DNA of 64,000 bases from Dictyostelium discoideum (taxonomy: Eukaryota). A model generated the notes under the pieces. That model searched no databases. It was not told the origin of the DNA and saw nothing but the letters and a program-made list of their open reading frames with translations. This document shows positions 49,390 through 62,895 of the stretch, piece after piece. The stretch spans positions 3,744,001 to 3,808,000 of the forward strand of contig CM000152.2 of NCBI GenBank assembly GCA_000004695.1, in the 5' to 3' direction. Both the position numbers and the translations under genes were made by a program. How positions within the stretch are numbered: the stretch's first letter is position 1; every line of letters begins with the position of its first letter.

Positions 49390-50486
49390 AAAATTAAATC
49401 AATTTTTTATTTTATAATAAATATAACTATTTAGAAAATAAAAAAAAACAGAAAATAAAAAATATTTTTCTTTCATTAATAGAAGCGGTAATTAAATCAA
49501 TGATTTCAAATAATTTTTTTCTTTACAATTATATTATTTGAATGAAATTTCCATTTAAAATTAATTTTATTTATTTACTTATTTATTTTTTTAATATTGC
49601 ACAGAAACCCCTATCATAATCTATTTTTATATTTATTTTTTATTTAATTTTTTTTTTTTTTTTTTTTTAAATTTATCAACACAAAAAATACAAATCGTTA
49701 TAATTAACAATTATTTAATTTTTATTATTAATGAGTGAAAATGTTTAATCATTGGAAAAATGTACCATTCATTTTTATGTAAAATAAAAAATGTTTAATT
49801 ATAATTTCTTTGAGGGGGTAGTATGAAAAAAAGAAAAAGATAAAAAAAAATAATAAAAAATAAATTCCATTTTATTTATATCTAATTAATTTTTATGTTT
49901 TTTTTTTATAGGTTAGTGGGTGAGATTTGTATATAATATTAAAAAATTCCAAATAAAATCGTTTAAGATCTTGATATTAAAAAAATTATATTGATGAAAT
50001 CTCATTTTCAAAAGTCTGATAAAAAAAAAATAAAAATAAAAAAAAAAATAAAAAAAAATATTCTCAAAGAGAAAAATTTGCACAGTAATTTAAATTGTGT
50101 TAGTGTGTGTTGGTGGTTGTGTGGGATCTAATTTACAAAAACCTTATAAATAAATTAATTTTTTCTGTTTCTTCATACAAAACATTTATGATGTTACTTG
50201 AAAGAGTTTTTTATTATATTATTAATATATTGTTATCATTGTACTGTAAAAAATATTTATACAGTTAAAAAACATAAAAAAATAAAAAAATAAAAAAATA
50301 AAAAAAAAAAAATAAAAAAAAAGAATATAATAATATAATGAGTATATTAAAATAATAATAATAATAAAAATTGTCTATTCATTCATTTTATTTATTTGTT
50401 TATTAAAAAAATAATAATAATAACAATTGGTGTGTATGATAATTACACATTATTAATTATTTAAATAAATAAATTTATTAAATAAA

Positions 50487-51739
50487 ATGGAAATTAAAGA
50501 TATTATCATAAATAGTAATTTAATGTTACCACCACCAACAATTTTAACAATAAATAATAAAGATGATTATACATCATTTACTTTTAAAGGGAAATCTATA
50601 TCGGTACCAAGGAAACAAAGAATAACAAAAAAAACAATTTATGCCTGTGATATAAATGGTACAATGTTTCAAACATATAATATGGATACAAACCGATTAT
50701 TAATAATTAAAAAAATTTCACTTTTACAATTTAAAAATCATTTACAAGGTAGAATGATGTTAAGAAATTGTCATTACCAAAGATTTTTTAATCATCATCC
50801 ATTTGTATCTGGTTTTAAAGTTTCAAAAAGAAAATCATTAAATATTAAAACAAAAAATCTAATTGAATCTCCAGTTGATGATGGTACTGATTTATATTTT
50901 GAATTTGACCAATCTGATTTCACTTTATACCAAATGATTAGATCAGATAAAGCAGCTTCAAGAAAACAATGTCCATATGTTTTGTACCAATTATTAACAA
51001 CTATCAAATATATAAACTCTGCTGGTGTAATTCATAGAAGTCTTGACCCAAAAACAATTGCAGTTAATAAAGAATATAAAACTAAATTATTTGATTTTAG
51101 TTTTTCAATTTCAACAGACTATCCAACAGATATCTTTTTTAAAGATTATGAAGAAACTCCATGGCCATATCGTTCTCCTGAAACAATAATAATGTTAAAA
51201 GAATTTTCATTTGAATGTGATGTTTGGTCGATTGGTGTAATATTTGCTGAATTAATTTTAGGTGAACAATTATTTAGAGGTGAAAGTAGTAAGTATTAAT
51301 TTTTAATTTTTTAATTTTTTAATTTATATAATTAATTTATTTAATTTTTTTTTTTTTAAAAGAACAATCACTTCTTATAGAAATTTCAGAATTAATTGGT
51401 ACACCAACATATGATGAATGTAAAGAATCAACTAATGGTTTCGCTAGAAATTTTATTTTAAACATTCCATTAAAATCAAGACATGGTGGAATTAAAAAAA
51501 GAATTCCAAATGCAACTGAAGAAGAAATTGAAATTTTAGAAGGAATGTTATGTTGGAATCCAAAGAAAAGATGGCCAATTGAAAGAATTATTCAGCATCC
51601 TTATTTTCAAAATTATTGTCATATTGAACAATATAAATGTGATAAAAAATTCTCACTTGGTTCTCCATATGTTTTTCATAGATTAAATGCAAAAGAAATT
51701 AAAAAAATAATTGAAGATGAATTTGTTACCCAACCATAA
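50487..51739 (+). CDS. CMGC-like (MAPK/CDK-like) protein kinase homolog with degenerate catalytic motifs; predicted pseudokinase, 2 exons
   Basis: The CDS is join(50487..51288, 51363..51739) with a GTAAGT donor and an aaag acceptor. The kinase-like fold shows CDVWSIGVIFAELILGEQLFRG, ETPWPYRSPE (an APE-like segment), and in exon 2 LIGTPTYDE and MLCWNPKKRWPIERIIQHPYF. The catalytic loop reads VIHRSLDPKTIAVN instead of HRDLKPxN, the DFG motif is DFS, and no GxGxxG loop is present. Confidence 0.6.
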
Positions 51740-51944
51740 AAAAAAAATATATATTTATTATAAAAAATAAATATCAACTTGTATATAGTTTTAATATGTT
51801 TTTTAAATTAAAAAGTAAAAAAAAAAAGAATAAATAAATAAAAAAAAGAAATTAAAAAGTTTTAAAATCCTAAAAAATACATATATTTATTTATTTCATA
51901 CTAATTCTTGATTGTAAACCTTTTAACTCTATTTTCTTTTCTTA

Positions 51945-52900
51945 ACTATAAAAAATGTTGTTGCAGCAATTGCAAAAGCACCACCAATTGGAAGAGCAAC
52001 AGCAAGTGGGATGACGATTTGAACTATCACATGAAGTTTTAAAATCAGTTGATAATAAAACAGAGAAATCTATTAATTTAAAAAAAAAAAAAGAAAAAAA
52101 AGAAAATTAAAATTAATAATATGTTATAAATTTATCTTTTTTTTTTAAAAAAAAAACATACCAGGATCAATTAAACATGAAGTTGTAAAATGAGGTAAGT
52201 TTAATCAAACTATAACTGATGTTTCATCTTTTGAAATAATAGAAGATGAAATTAATGTTGATCTATAATCTACTACCGCTTGATTTATTAGTCTACCAAA
52301 TAAAGTTTTACCATTCTTTTTAATTTCAATATAATTAATTGCTGATAATGAATTTTCATCTTGAGTTTCAACTTTAGTATGGGTCAATCATTTTCTTTTT
52401 TATTTATATCTTCAGTTACATCTGATTTCATTTGAATTTGTAAACTATATTACATTCTTGATTGGATTTACAATCACAAATGCAAGAACCAGAATTACAG
52501 TCACAAAAGCTATTACCTGTTCAGTTTGTACTACAACTTAAATATTGGTTTAAAAAGTCTGGAATTATAGTGAGTAGGACATTTGATTGAAGTTGAAGTT
52601 GAAGAAATGGTGGTATTTGCATCAACTATATAAGTTGAGCTATTAAAACCTTCTAAAACTGAACAAGTTATTTGATTAAATATGGCTTTGGTAACTATAC
52701 AATTAATTTCATTACTATTGTTATCTAAACCAACAACTGATATTATACTTGTATTATAATATCAAGACCCATGGAACCAACTAAAATAATTTTGTTTAAA
52801 AAATGTACTGTTAGATTTATAAATTAAATGATATCTTTTTAAAAATTATTTCGAAAACATATTTACAATTGCTCAAACTTTGTCAATTGTGAAAAATAGA
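51945..52900 (-). pseudogene. fragmented or degenerate gene: Cys-rich (CDCNSGSCICDCKSNQEC) segment, short ORFs, and a C-terminal TM anchor ending ...PIGGAFAIAATTFFIVKKRK*
   Basis: Minus-strand translations read (i) 52051..51945 LKLHVIVQIVIPLAVALPIGGAFAIAATTFFIVKKRK-stop; (ii) about 52527..52450 FCDCNSGSCICDCKSNQECNIVYKFK; (iii) 52205..52387, a 60-aa ORF; and (iv) about 52740..52530 SVVGLDNNSNEINCIVTKAIFNQITCSVLEGFNSS...IKCPTHYNSRLFKPIFKL. The composition is less AT-rich than typical intergenic DNA, but I could not join the pieces with canonical introns. Confidence 0.3.
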
Positions 52901-53153
52901 AAATACGATTAAACTTAATTTCTGTACTTGTCATTATACTTTTTTAAAACAAAAAAAAAAATTAGTTTGGAACATATCAATCTTTTTTTTAATTTTTTTT
53001 TTTAAAAATAAAAATACGTACAATGCTTTTAATTTGAGATTTGGTATATCATCAAAAAAATTTGACGTTATGTTGCCTTTAATAAAAAAGAAAAAAAATA
53101 AAAATAAATATTTTTTAAACAAGCACCTAAAAAATAATTTTAGGTAATTTAAA

Positions 53154-53203
<50 letters not shown>

Positions 53204-53709
53204 AAAGAAAAGAAGAAAAAGGTACCAACCATCTTGGCTGTTTATTAAACCAGATATTATTTTATTAAAAATATAAAAAGGAAAATAATTAATTGAAGTT
53301 TCATTTTCTTTTTTTTTTGGAAAAAATCCAAAATCATACATAAAAGGAGGTAACTGGGAAAAAAAAAAAAAAAAAAAAGTAAATAAAATATAGAATGTGT
53401 CTTTTAAAAAATAAAAAAATAAAATAAAAAAAATTAAAATTAAAAAAAAAATAAAATTTAAAAAACACTACAATAAAATGGTTTGGATTTTGTAATTTTA
53501 TCCGAAACCAAATTTTTATAATTTTTATCATTTTTGGGGGACATGACCAAAAAAAAAAAAAAAACATTAAAAAAAAAAAAAAAAAAAAAAAAAATAAAAA
53601 ATAAATTAAAAAAAAAAAAAAAAATAAAAAAAATTAAAATTAGTTTTTCTGACACAATGGATATTTTCCAAATAAATCAAATAAAAAAGGGAACTTTATT
53701 TTATTTTTT

Positions 53710-54189
53710 TTAATAATAAACGTATTTTCTAACTTGACCTATTTGTTTCTTTACGATTGGAGAATCAATCATAGTATTTTGTGATTTGCAAGATAAAACA
53801 AAAAATTTACTTATATATTCTTTTGGTGCCTTTTTTTTTTTTTTTTTTTTTTATAAAATGAAATAAAAAAAATGAATACAAATAAATAATTAATTTTTTT
53901 TGAAAAAAAAATGAATACAAATAATTAATTTTTTTTTTTCATTTTTTTTTTATTTTTATAAAATGAAATAAATACATACATTAATTGGTTTTGGTAAAAC
54001 TAATACTACATCTTCACAATTAATTTTATTAGTTTTTTGAAGAATTGTTTTTATTTCAGAAATATCATCACTATTATTCAAATCATAATTTTCAAAATCA
54101 AATTCAATGTGATTTAAATTACTTATATCATTGCTTACACAATTAATATTATTATTATTTGAACTATATCTAATATTTCTTTTAACCAT
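53710..54189 (-). CDS. small two-exon protein (about 109 aa), unknown function
   Basis: The CDS is join(54189..53980, 53829..53710) with a GTATGT donor after ...VVLVLPKPIN and an aaaaaag acceptor before APKEYISKFFVLSCKSQNTMIDSPIVKKQIGQVRKYVYY-stop. Both exons are phase 0. Confidence 0.5.
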
Positions 54190-54191
54190 TT

Positions 54192-54222
<31 letters not shown>

Positions 54223-54383
54223 TTATTACTATATTATTATTATATATATTTTTAATAATTAAACAATATTCATTTATTTATTAATTATTTTCAGAAAAAA
54301 GAGAATTTTTTTTTGTATTTTTTTTTTTATTTTTTTTTGTATTTTTTATTATTTTTGTTTTATTATTATTTTTATATTTCACC

Positions 54384-54390
54384 CCCATAA
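54384..54390 (+). promoter_or_regulatory. DUSE-like box CCCATAA (Dictyostelium upstream sequence element of ncRNA genes)
   Basis: The sequence reads acccCCATAAcac. It lies about 50-55 bp upstream of a G-start at 54439. Confidence 0.35.
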
Positions 54391-54438
54391 CACTTCACCC
54401 ACTGTTTTTGATTTTTTTTTTTTTGAATATATTAAATT

Positions 54439-54487
54439 GGGGTAACACATCTTAATTCTTATTTAAATATAACTAAAATTCTATACC
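54439..54487 (+). ncRNA. candidate small ncRNA (about 50 nt) downstream of the DUSE and ending in T6
   Basis: The sequence ggggtaacacatcttaattcttatttaaatataactaaaattctatacc is followed by tttttt at 54488-54493. GGTA...TACC could pair as a terminal stem. I see no known class-I 11-nt motif, so this is speculative. Confidence 0.25.
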
Positions 54488-55519
54488 TTTTTTAGGAAAT
54501 TTTTTTTAATTTTTTAATTTTCAAAAAAAAAAAAAAAAAAACTAAATAAAAATATAAAAAAATATACAAAAACTGTTATTAAGCTCATAATTTTTCCAAC
54601 TAAATTAAAAAAAAAATAAAATAAAATAAAATAAAACAGTATTTGGGCATGATGATCACCGATTGATATTTTTTTTTTATTTTTTCTCAATTTTTTTTAT
54701 TTTTTAATTTTCACTTTTATTGATTTTATTTATTTTCACAACAAAAGATTTTTATAAAAGAAAAAAGAAAAAAGAAAAAAAAAACTAAAATTCTAAATCA
54801 TGTTGATCAAAAGATGAAATTTATTGATAATGAAAAAAAATAAAAAAAAATAATCAACCCCAAAAACAGTTTGTTTTGCTTTTTTTTATTTTTTTTATTT
54901 TTAGAAAATTAAAAATAATTAAAAAAAAAAAAAATAAAAAATAAAAAAAAATTTGTATACTGCTCACATTTATATATTCATATTTTTACTTCAATTTTTA
55001 TTCTCACATAAAAATTAATTTTATTATAATGTTGAACTAAAGAGCTCATAAAAACGCACACTCACATTCACACTCTCACTAACACACAAACACAATAAGA
55101 TTAGCCCAGATGAAAAAAAAAAAAAAAAATTATTAAAAAAAAAAAAAAAAATAAAATTTGTTTAAAATAGTCTATTTACCACTAGTATATGATGTGATCT
55201 GGGGGGTTGTACCGTGCTGTGGGTACAATGATAGAAAAAAAAAATTTAAATTTAAATTTATAAATAAATTATAATAAAAAAAACAAAAAAAAAAAAAAAA
55301 ATTTAAAAAAAGAATAAAAAAAAAAAATAAAAAAAAGTATTGGTATATCACTAATTATTTTTTAAAATTTTGAAAATCTCTCTCCAAAAAAAAATAACTT
55401 CTATTCTATAATTGGAGCTATCAAAAAAACAAAAAAAAAAAAAAAAAATAAAAAAAAAAAAATATTAAGAAACTAAAAAATTAATTTTTTTTTTATACTA
55501 ATATTTCATTTGTTATTAG

Positions 55520-55575
<56 letters not shown>

Positions 55576-55595
55576 AAAAAAAATATAAAAAAAGA

Positions 55596-56895
<1,300 letters not shown>

Positions 56896-57169
56896 TAAAT
56901 TAATATATATATTTATTTGTTTAACTTTATTTTAATTTAATTTATTTTTATTTTAGTTTCTTAATTAAAATAATAAAAAAAAAAAAAATAAAAAAAAAAA
57001 AAAAAATAGATTTTTAAATCAAAATAGTTTTTTGAGAATTAAAAAAAAAAAATAAGATCTATATTTTAATAAAAATAAAATGATATATTAATTAAAATTT
57101 AAAAAAAAAAAAAACTACCATAAAATTTATTTTAATTTTTATTTTTTCATTTTTGCATTCCACTGTTTA

Positions 57170-57219
<50 letters not shown>

Positions 57220-57415
57220 AAAAACAAAAACACTTTTTAGTGGGATTTGTTTAATTTCTTTAATTTACCAATAATATATTAATTTTTACAATTTCAAAGA
57301 TTTATCATTTATTTTGATATTAAATAAAAAATGAGTATCTTTTTGATTTTGTATTTTTCTAAATTAGTGGTAAACACTAAACAAGTATGAATACTACCAT
57401 ATTTAATTTAAATTT

Positions 57416-57453
<38 letters not shown>

Positions 57454-57881
57454 TTGAAAGATTGTTTAATTTAATATAATGTTTTTGTGGAAATGAGATT
57501 TGATTTTTGTACATATAATTAATAATTGTATATTAATATATTTCATTATTGCCTTTTTTTTTTTTTTTTTTTTTTTATTGTTTTAAACAACAAATTTTTT
57601 GAAAACCTATAATATGGTACCTACTATCAAAAATATGTTACAATTAAAAAAAACATTAATTTGCTTATTTTATTGAGGTATTTGAGGGGGAATAGATTTA
57701 CAAATTCATTTTTTTTTTTTTTTTTGTTTTATTTTTTTTTTATTTTTATTTTGTTTAATTATTTAATATTTTTTTTTTTTATTTGTTTTTTTAATTTAGT
57801 ATTTTTACTTTTTTTTTTTAATTGTTTATTAATAATCTATTCAAATAATTACATCTTAAATTTTTTTTAATAATAAAAAAC

Positions 57882-58523
57882 ATGTTACATAAATTTGGAC
57901 CAATTTTTAGAGTAAAAAGATTTAGAAGGGCTCAAAGGTTACACAGAGAAAGGATTAATCGTGAAAGAAATTTACAAAGACAAAGACTTTATGATAGATT
58001 ATATCCAAGAAGAATAATTCAAAATGGGAATATTTTCATTGACAGTTTTAATTCTATAAATACACTTACAAAGTCTGGTCATGAGTTATTAGAAATTTCA
58101 CAATCACCTTTTCAACAAATTATTAAAAAAATATTTGTTGTATTCTTTCAAGATTATTTTAGCCTTCCAGTCAATATTAAACAAAGTGATTTGGAATTAG
58201 TTTTAAATAATAAAGTAAATCAACCAAAATATCAATTTCAAGTGAAAATTTTAACATTCAAAAATAGATCAGAAGATGAATACCCACCACATATGCAAAT
58301 AGTTGTAAATGGTAAAAATGTCATTGATCAAATTTATAAAATTAAAAAAGATAATATTGAAAATGGAATCACTGTTTTTTATTATAATCCAATAGATGTA
58401 TCTCAAAACATACAAAATAAAAATACATTTACAATTAATACTCATGAAACTATTGGAGTATTAATGCTGCAAATTGTTAAAATTAATGGTTTTATTTCAA
58501 CATTAAACTTGGCTAATCTTTAA
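57882..58523 (+). CDS. hypothetical protein (213 aa) with a basic N-terminus
   Basis: A single ORF starts MLHKFGPIFRVKRFRRAQRLHRERINRERNLQRQRLYDRLYPRR. Codon usage is typical of the neighbouring genes. Confidence 0.45.
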   Translation: MLHKFGPIFRVKRFRRAQRLHRERINRERNLQRQRLYDRLYPRRIIQNGNIFIDSFNSINTLTKSGHELLEISQSPFQQIIKKIFVVFFQDYFSLPVNIKQSDLELVLNNKVNQPKYQFQVKILTFKNRSEDEYPPHMQIVVNGKNVIDQIYKIKKDNIENGITVFYYNPIDVSQNIQNKNTFTINTHETIGVLMLQIVKINGFISTLNLANL

Positions 58524-58626
58524 AAAATAATAATAAAATTTAATTTCCAAATTAATTAAACTTATAAATATTGTTTATTTATTTATTTCTTTATTTCTTT
58601 ATTTCTTTATTTATATTAAAAATAAA

Positions 58627-59031
58627 ATGAAGTTGGTTGGGTATGTTTATGATGATGAAGAAAAATATTATCACCCATGTAAATCAATTAAATGGTTAAC
58701 AATTGAATATGAATATAAATTTGTAAATTTTAAAAGACAAATTGTTGAACCAAAATCATTACCTTCCAGTATTAGAGATTTATCACTTATAAATATAGCA
58801 AATGAACCATTAATCAAATTTCCATTTCCAAAAAAAATAAAAAAACTTTTATTAATAACAAATAGAATCACCAGGTTTGAAAATGAAAATATTTTATTGA
58901 AAAAAAGTGTCCCAAATTCTGTTTCCTCTTTAGCTATAGATTTTATTAATGATGAAGATGCTTGTTTTCCATCATCATTAACTCATTTTCAACTTTTAAG
59001 AAATGATTTTGATCTAATATCTGGAATTTGA
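58627..59031 (+). CDS. FNIP-repeat-like small protein (134 aa)
   Basis: The segments LPSSIRDLSLINIANEPLIKFP, VPNSVSSLAIDFINDEDACFPSSLTHFQLL resemble the Dictyostelium FNIP repeat (IPxSVTxLxFG..FNQ). Its 3' end overlaps the convergent gene below. Confidence 0.45.
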   Translation: MKLVGYVYDDEEKYYHPCKSIKWLTIEYEYKFVNFKRQIVEPKSLPSSIRDLSLINIANEPLIKFPFPKKIKKLLLITNRITRFENENILLKKSVPNSVSSLAIDFINDEDACFPSSLTHFQLLRNDFDLISGI

Positions 59032-59540
59032 ATAAAATTATTTTTAGTTTCTTTTGAAATTGACCATTGAATAAAATCATTGAATGAAATTGATTTAAAA
59101 TTTGGTGGAACAACAAATACACAATTTGATTCATTTTTTGGTTTTGATAATGAAATATGTTTAAGGGTATGAACTGTTGATGGTAAACTTTCTAAATGAA
59201 ATGAATCATCATAATTATTATTAGGATATTCAAAATAGGAATGAACTAATGTAATGGCTTCAACGCCATGTGGTACGCATTCACCAGATTCCAAGTTTGA
59301 TAAACTGTTAATGGTAAGATTTTTTAATACACCGCCTATTGGTAAATCTCCAACTTTCAATAAATGATCAGGTTTATCTTCAATACATAAACTTTCAATA
59401 TACTCTCTTTCTTGGTATTCAATTAATGATTGTATTTGTTCAAAAGTTATGAAAATATTCTTTTTATATAATCTACAATATGAAAATATTTTTTTTGATA
59501 ATACAATATTACCAAATACTTTTTTATATAAATGGTACAT
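58989..59540 (-). CDS. FNIP-repeat-like protein (about 183 aa), convergent paralog of 58627..59031
   Basis: The ORF 58989..59711 begins in translated poly-T/A. The plausible ATG is cat at 59538-59540 on the plus strand (MYHLYKKVFGNIVLSKK...). It contains GDLPIGGVLKNLTINSLSNLESGECVPHGVEAITLVHSYFEYP and SFHLESLPSTVHTLKHISLSKPKNESNCVFVVPPNFKSISFNDFIQ. Confidence 0.5.
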   Translation of the reverse strand: MYHLYKKVFGNIVLSKKIFSYCRLYKKNIFITFEQIQSLIEYQEREYIESLCIEDKPDHLLKVGDLPIGGVLKNLTINSLSNLESGECVPHGVEAITLVHSYFEYPNNNYDDSFHLESLPSTVHTLKHISLSKPKNESNCVFVVPPNFKSISFNDFIQWSISKETKNNFIQIPDIRSKSFLKS

Positions 59541-59565
59541 TGTTGGACGAGTGTGTTGTTGAACT

Positions 59566-59608
<43 letters not shown>

Positions 59609-60258
59609 CACAAAAGAAATAAACTAAAAAAAAATAAAAAAAAAATAAAAAACAAAAAAAAATTATTATTGAAAAAATAATAACAAAGAAAAAAATAGCA
59701 CTCCCATGCACAAAATTTTTAGGTAATTTGGAAGATCGACCATGTTTTTTTTAATTTTATTTTTTTTTTAAAAATTTTTTTTTTTTATTACTTCATATTT
59801 AAATGAAAAAATTGTTTTTTTTTTTAGTAATAAAATACAACAAAACCCAAAAGTTTTTTTTTTTTTTTTGTTGACAAAAACATTCAAATCCACATAAAAA
59901 ATATATTCTTTTTTTTTTTTTATAATTAAATTAATTTTTTTTATTTTTTATATGGGTTTAGTATTGATAGTTAGATCACTCTAAAATACATAAAATATAT
60001 TAAAAATCAATGTGATCATTGATTTTTTTCTTTGTTATTATTTTTTTTTAAAAATAATTTATATCTTTTTTTTTTTTTTTTTTTTGTGAAATTATAAAAA
60101 AAATAAATTAAATAAAATTTCTTTTTTTTTAGTACAAAATTTTATTTAATAAAATCAGGTTTGTTCAATCGATTTTTTACATCTAGTTTCATTCCTAAAA
60201 TTCTCTATTGTAGAGAAAGAAAAGAGGGTAAAATATCAAGTAATGATGATGGTTAAAT

Positions 60259-60309
<51 letters not shown>

Positions 60310-60414
60310 TTTGGAATATATAATAGGTATTTATTTTATTTTATAGGTATAGGTATTTATCAATTAAAACTTTTTTTTATATTTTTATTAATATATTAAT
60401 ATTTATTAATTTAT

Positions 60415-60452
<38 letters not shown>

Positions 60453-60762
60453 CCCTGAAGAGTATTTATAATAATCATAAAACCAATTTAAAAATAAAAA
60501 AATTAAAATTAAAAAAAATATACAAATAAATTTTAATTCTTAAATTTATTATTTATAATGTTCAGTTAAAAAATTTGAATAAATAAAAAGTTGAGTTGTG
60601 TGGGTTGTGTTAGTGGTGTGCTGATGTGTTTAAATGATGGTATTTTTTTATCACAAATAAAATTATTTTTATACACTAAAAAATAAGAAATTGTAAATTG
60701 AAAAATATAATTAATCAAAGAGTAAATTAAAATAAAAATAAAACTATATTTATTTATATATA

Positions 60763-60811
<49 letters not shown>

Positions 60812-61306
60812 GTAAAAAAAAAAAAAAAGCTCTTATGAAAATATAATATATATTTTTAAATTTAAAAAAAAAAAAAAAAAACAAAAGTAACAATTAAACT
60901 ATGATAATGTGATAATGTGATAATTTAATTTAATTTTGTGTGGTGGGTTTGTGTGTTAATGTGCTGTGTTGTTTTTTATTTCATAAGAATGATTTCTATA
61001 ATTAAAACCCACTTAACCCCAAATTCCCAAATAAAAAAAAGTGAGTGAGTGTGAGTGAGTGAGTGAGTGAGTAAGTGTGAATGAAAATCACAATCTATGT
61101 AGTTTTTTATAGTGTGAAATATAAAAATAAAAAAAAATTATAATAATAATAAATTTTTTTTTTTGTTGGGTTTTTTTTTTTTTTTTTTTATATAATAATA
61201 AATAACTTAACACAATTATAAACATTACAATTAAGTAATAATAAATAATTATAATTCTATTATATTCAAACGTATAAAAAAATTAAAAATAATAATAATA
61301 ATAATA

Positions 61307-62260
<954 letters not shown>

Positions 62261-62622
62261 ATATTTCTTATTAAATAAATAATTTTATTTCTATTATGTA
62301 TTTATTGTTTTGAAATGTAAATGTTTATTTTTTTTTTTTTTTTTTTTTTTTTTTTATCTCTTTTTATTTATTCCTTTTTCTACAATTCTTTTTTTTTTTC
62401 TCTTTTTGTTTATTTTCCTTTATTTTTTTTCTAGCTCCACAATACTATTAAAAAAGGAATCATATTATTACTATTATTATTATTACTGCTATTAAAAAAG
62501 GGAATCATTATAATTTATGCTTTTTTGAAAAATGAAAATTTTGAAGCAGAAAAATGATATTTCTTTTTTTTTTTTTTTTTTTTTAAAAAAAATTCATTTT
62601 TTTTATTTTTTTTCATTTTATT

Positions 62623-62629
62623 CCCATAA
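62623..62629 (+). promoter_or_regulatory. DUSE box (tTCCCATAAt) upstream of the U3 snoRNA gene
   Basis: It matches the [A/T]CCCA[C/T]AA element found about 60 bp upstream of Dictyostelium snRNA and class-I RNA genes. It lies about 50 bp upstream of the inferred U3 5' end. Confidence 0.6.
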
Positions 62630-62679
62630 TTTATTTAGTTTTAAAATATAAATAAAAAAAAAGTTTTTTTATTTATTCA

Positions 62680-62895
62680 AAGTTATGACCAAACTCTTAG
62701 GATCATTTCTAGAGTATCGTCTATTAAAATTATTCATCAATAATTTTTCCTCTTTCACAGCTAGGATGATGATATACACTCACTACACGAAAGCGTGAAA
62801 CCGTTATTATCGAATGATTCATTTATTTTTTATTAACATTGATGACCGTCTAATTCAGGGATGAATTGGTTGTGTGGTGGGATTCGTACTGGCTC
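62680..62895 (+). ncRNA. U3: U3 small nucleolar RNA (box A, C', B, C present)
   Basis: Box A region: cttAGGATCATTTCTAGAGTATCGTC (compare yeast TAGGATCATTTCTATAGGAATCGTC and human GGATCATTTCTATAGTGTG). Box C': aggATGATGAtat. Box B: gaaAGCGTGAAacc (compare GAGCGTGAAG). Box C: attGATGACCGTC (compare TGATGATCGT). The 3' end is ggctc followed by T6. The length is about 215 nt, and the region is GC-richer than the surrounding AT desert. Confidence 0.75.

Noticed and set aside
52141-52200. Perfect GAG|GTAAGT donor on the plus strand at about 52190 suggesting a plus-strand tiny exon (ATGAAGTTG...ATGAGG)
   Set aside because: Any ATG-initiated open frame ending at that donor is at most 2 codons (ATGAGG; the ATGAAGTTG frame hits TAA before the donor), and there is no downstream in-frame exon. 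It is more likely a chance GTAAGT in AT-rich DNA.
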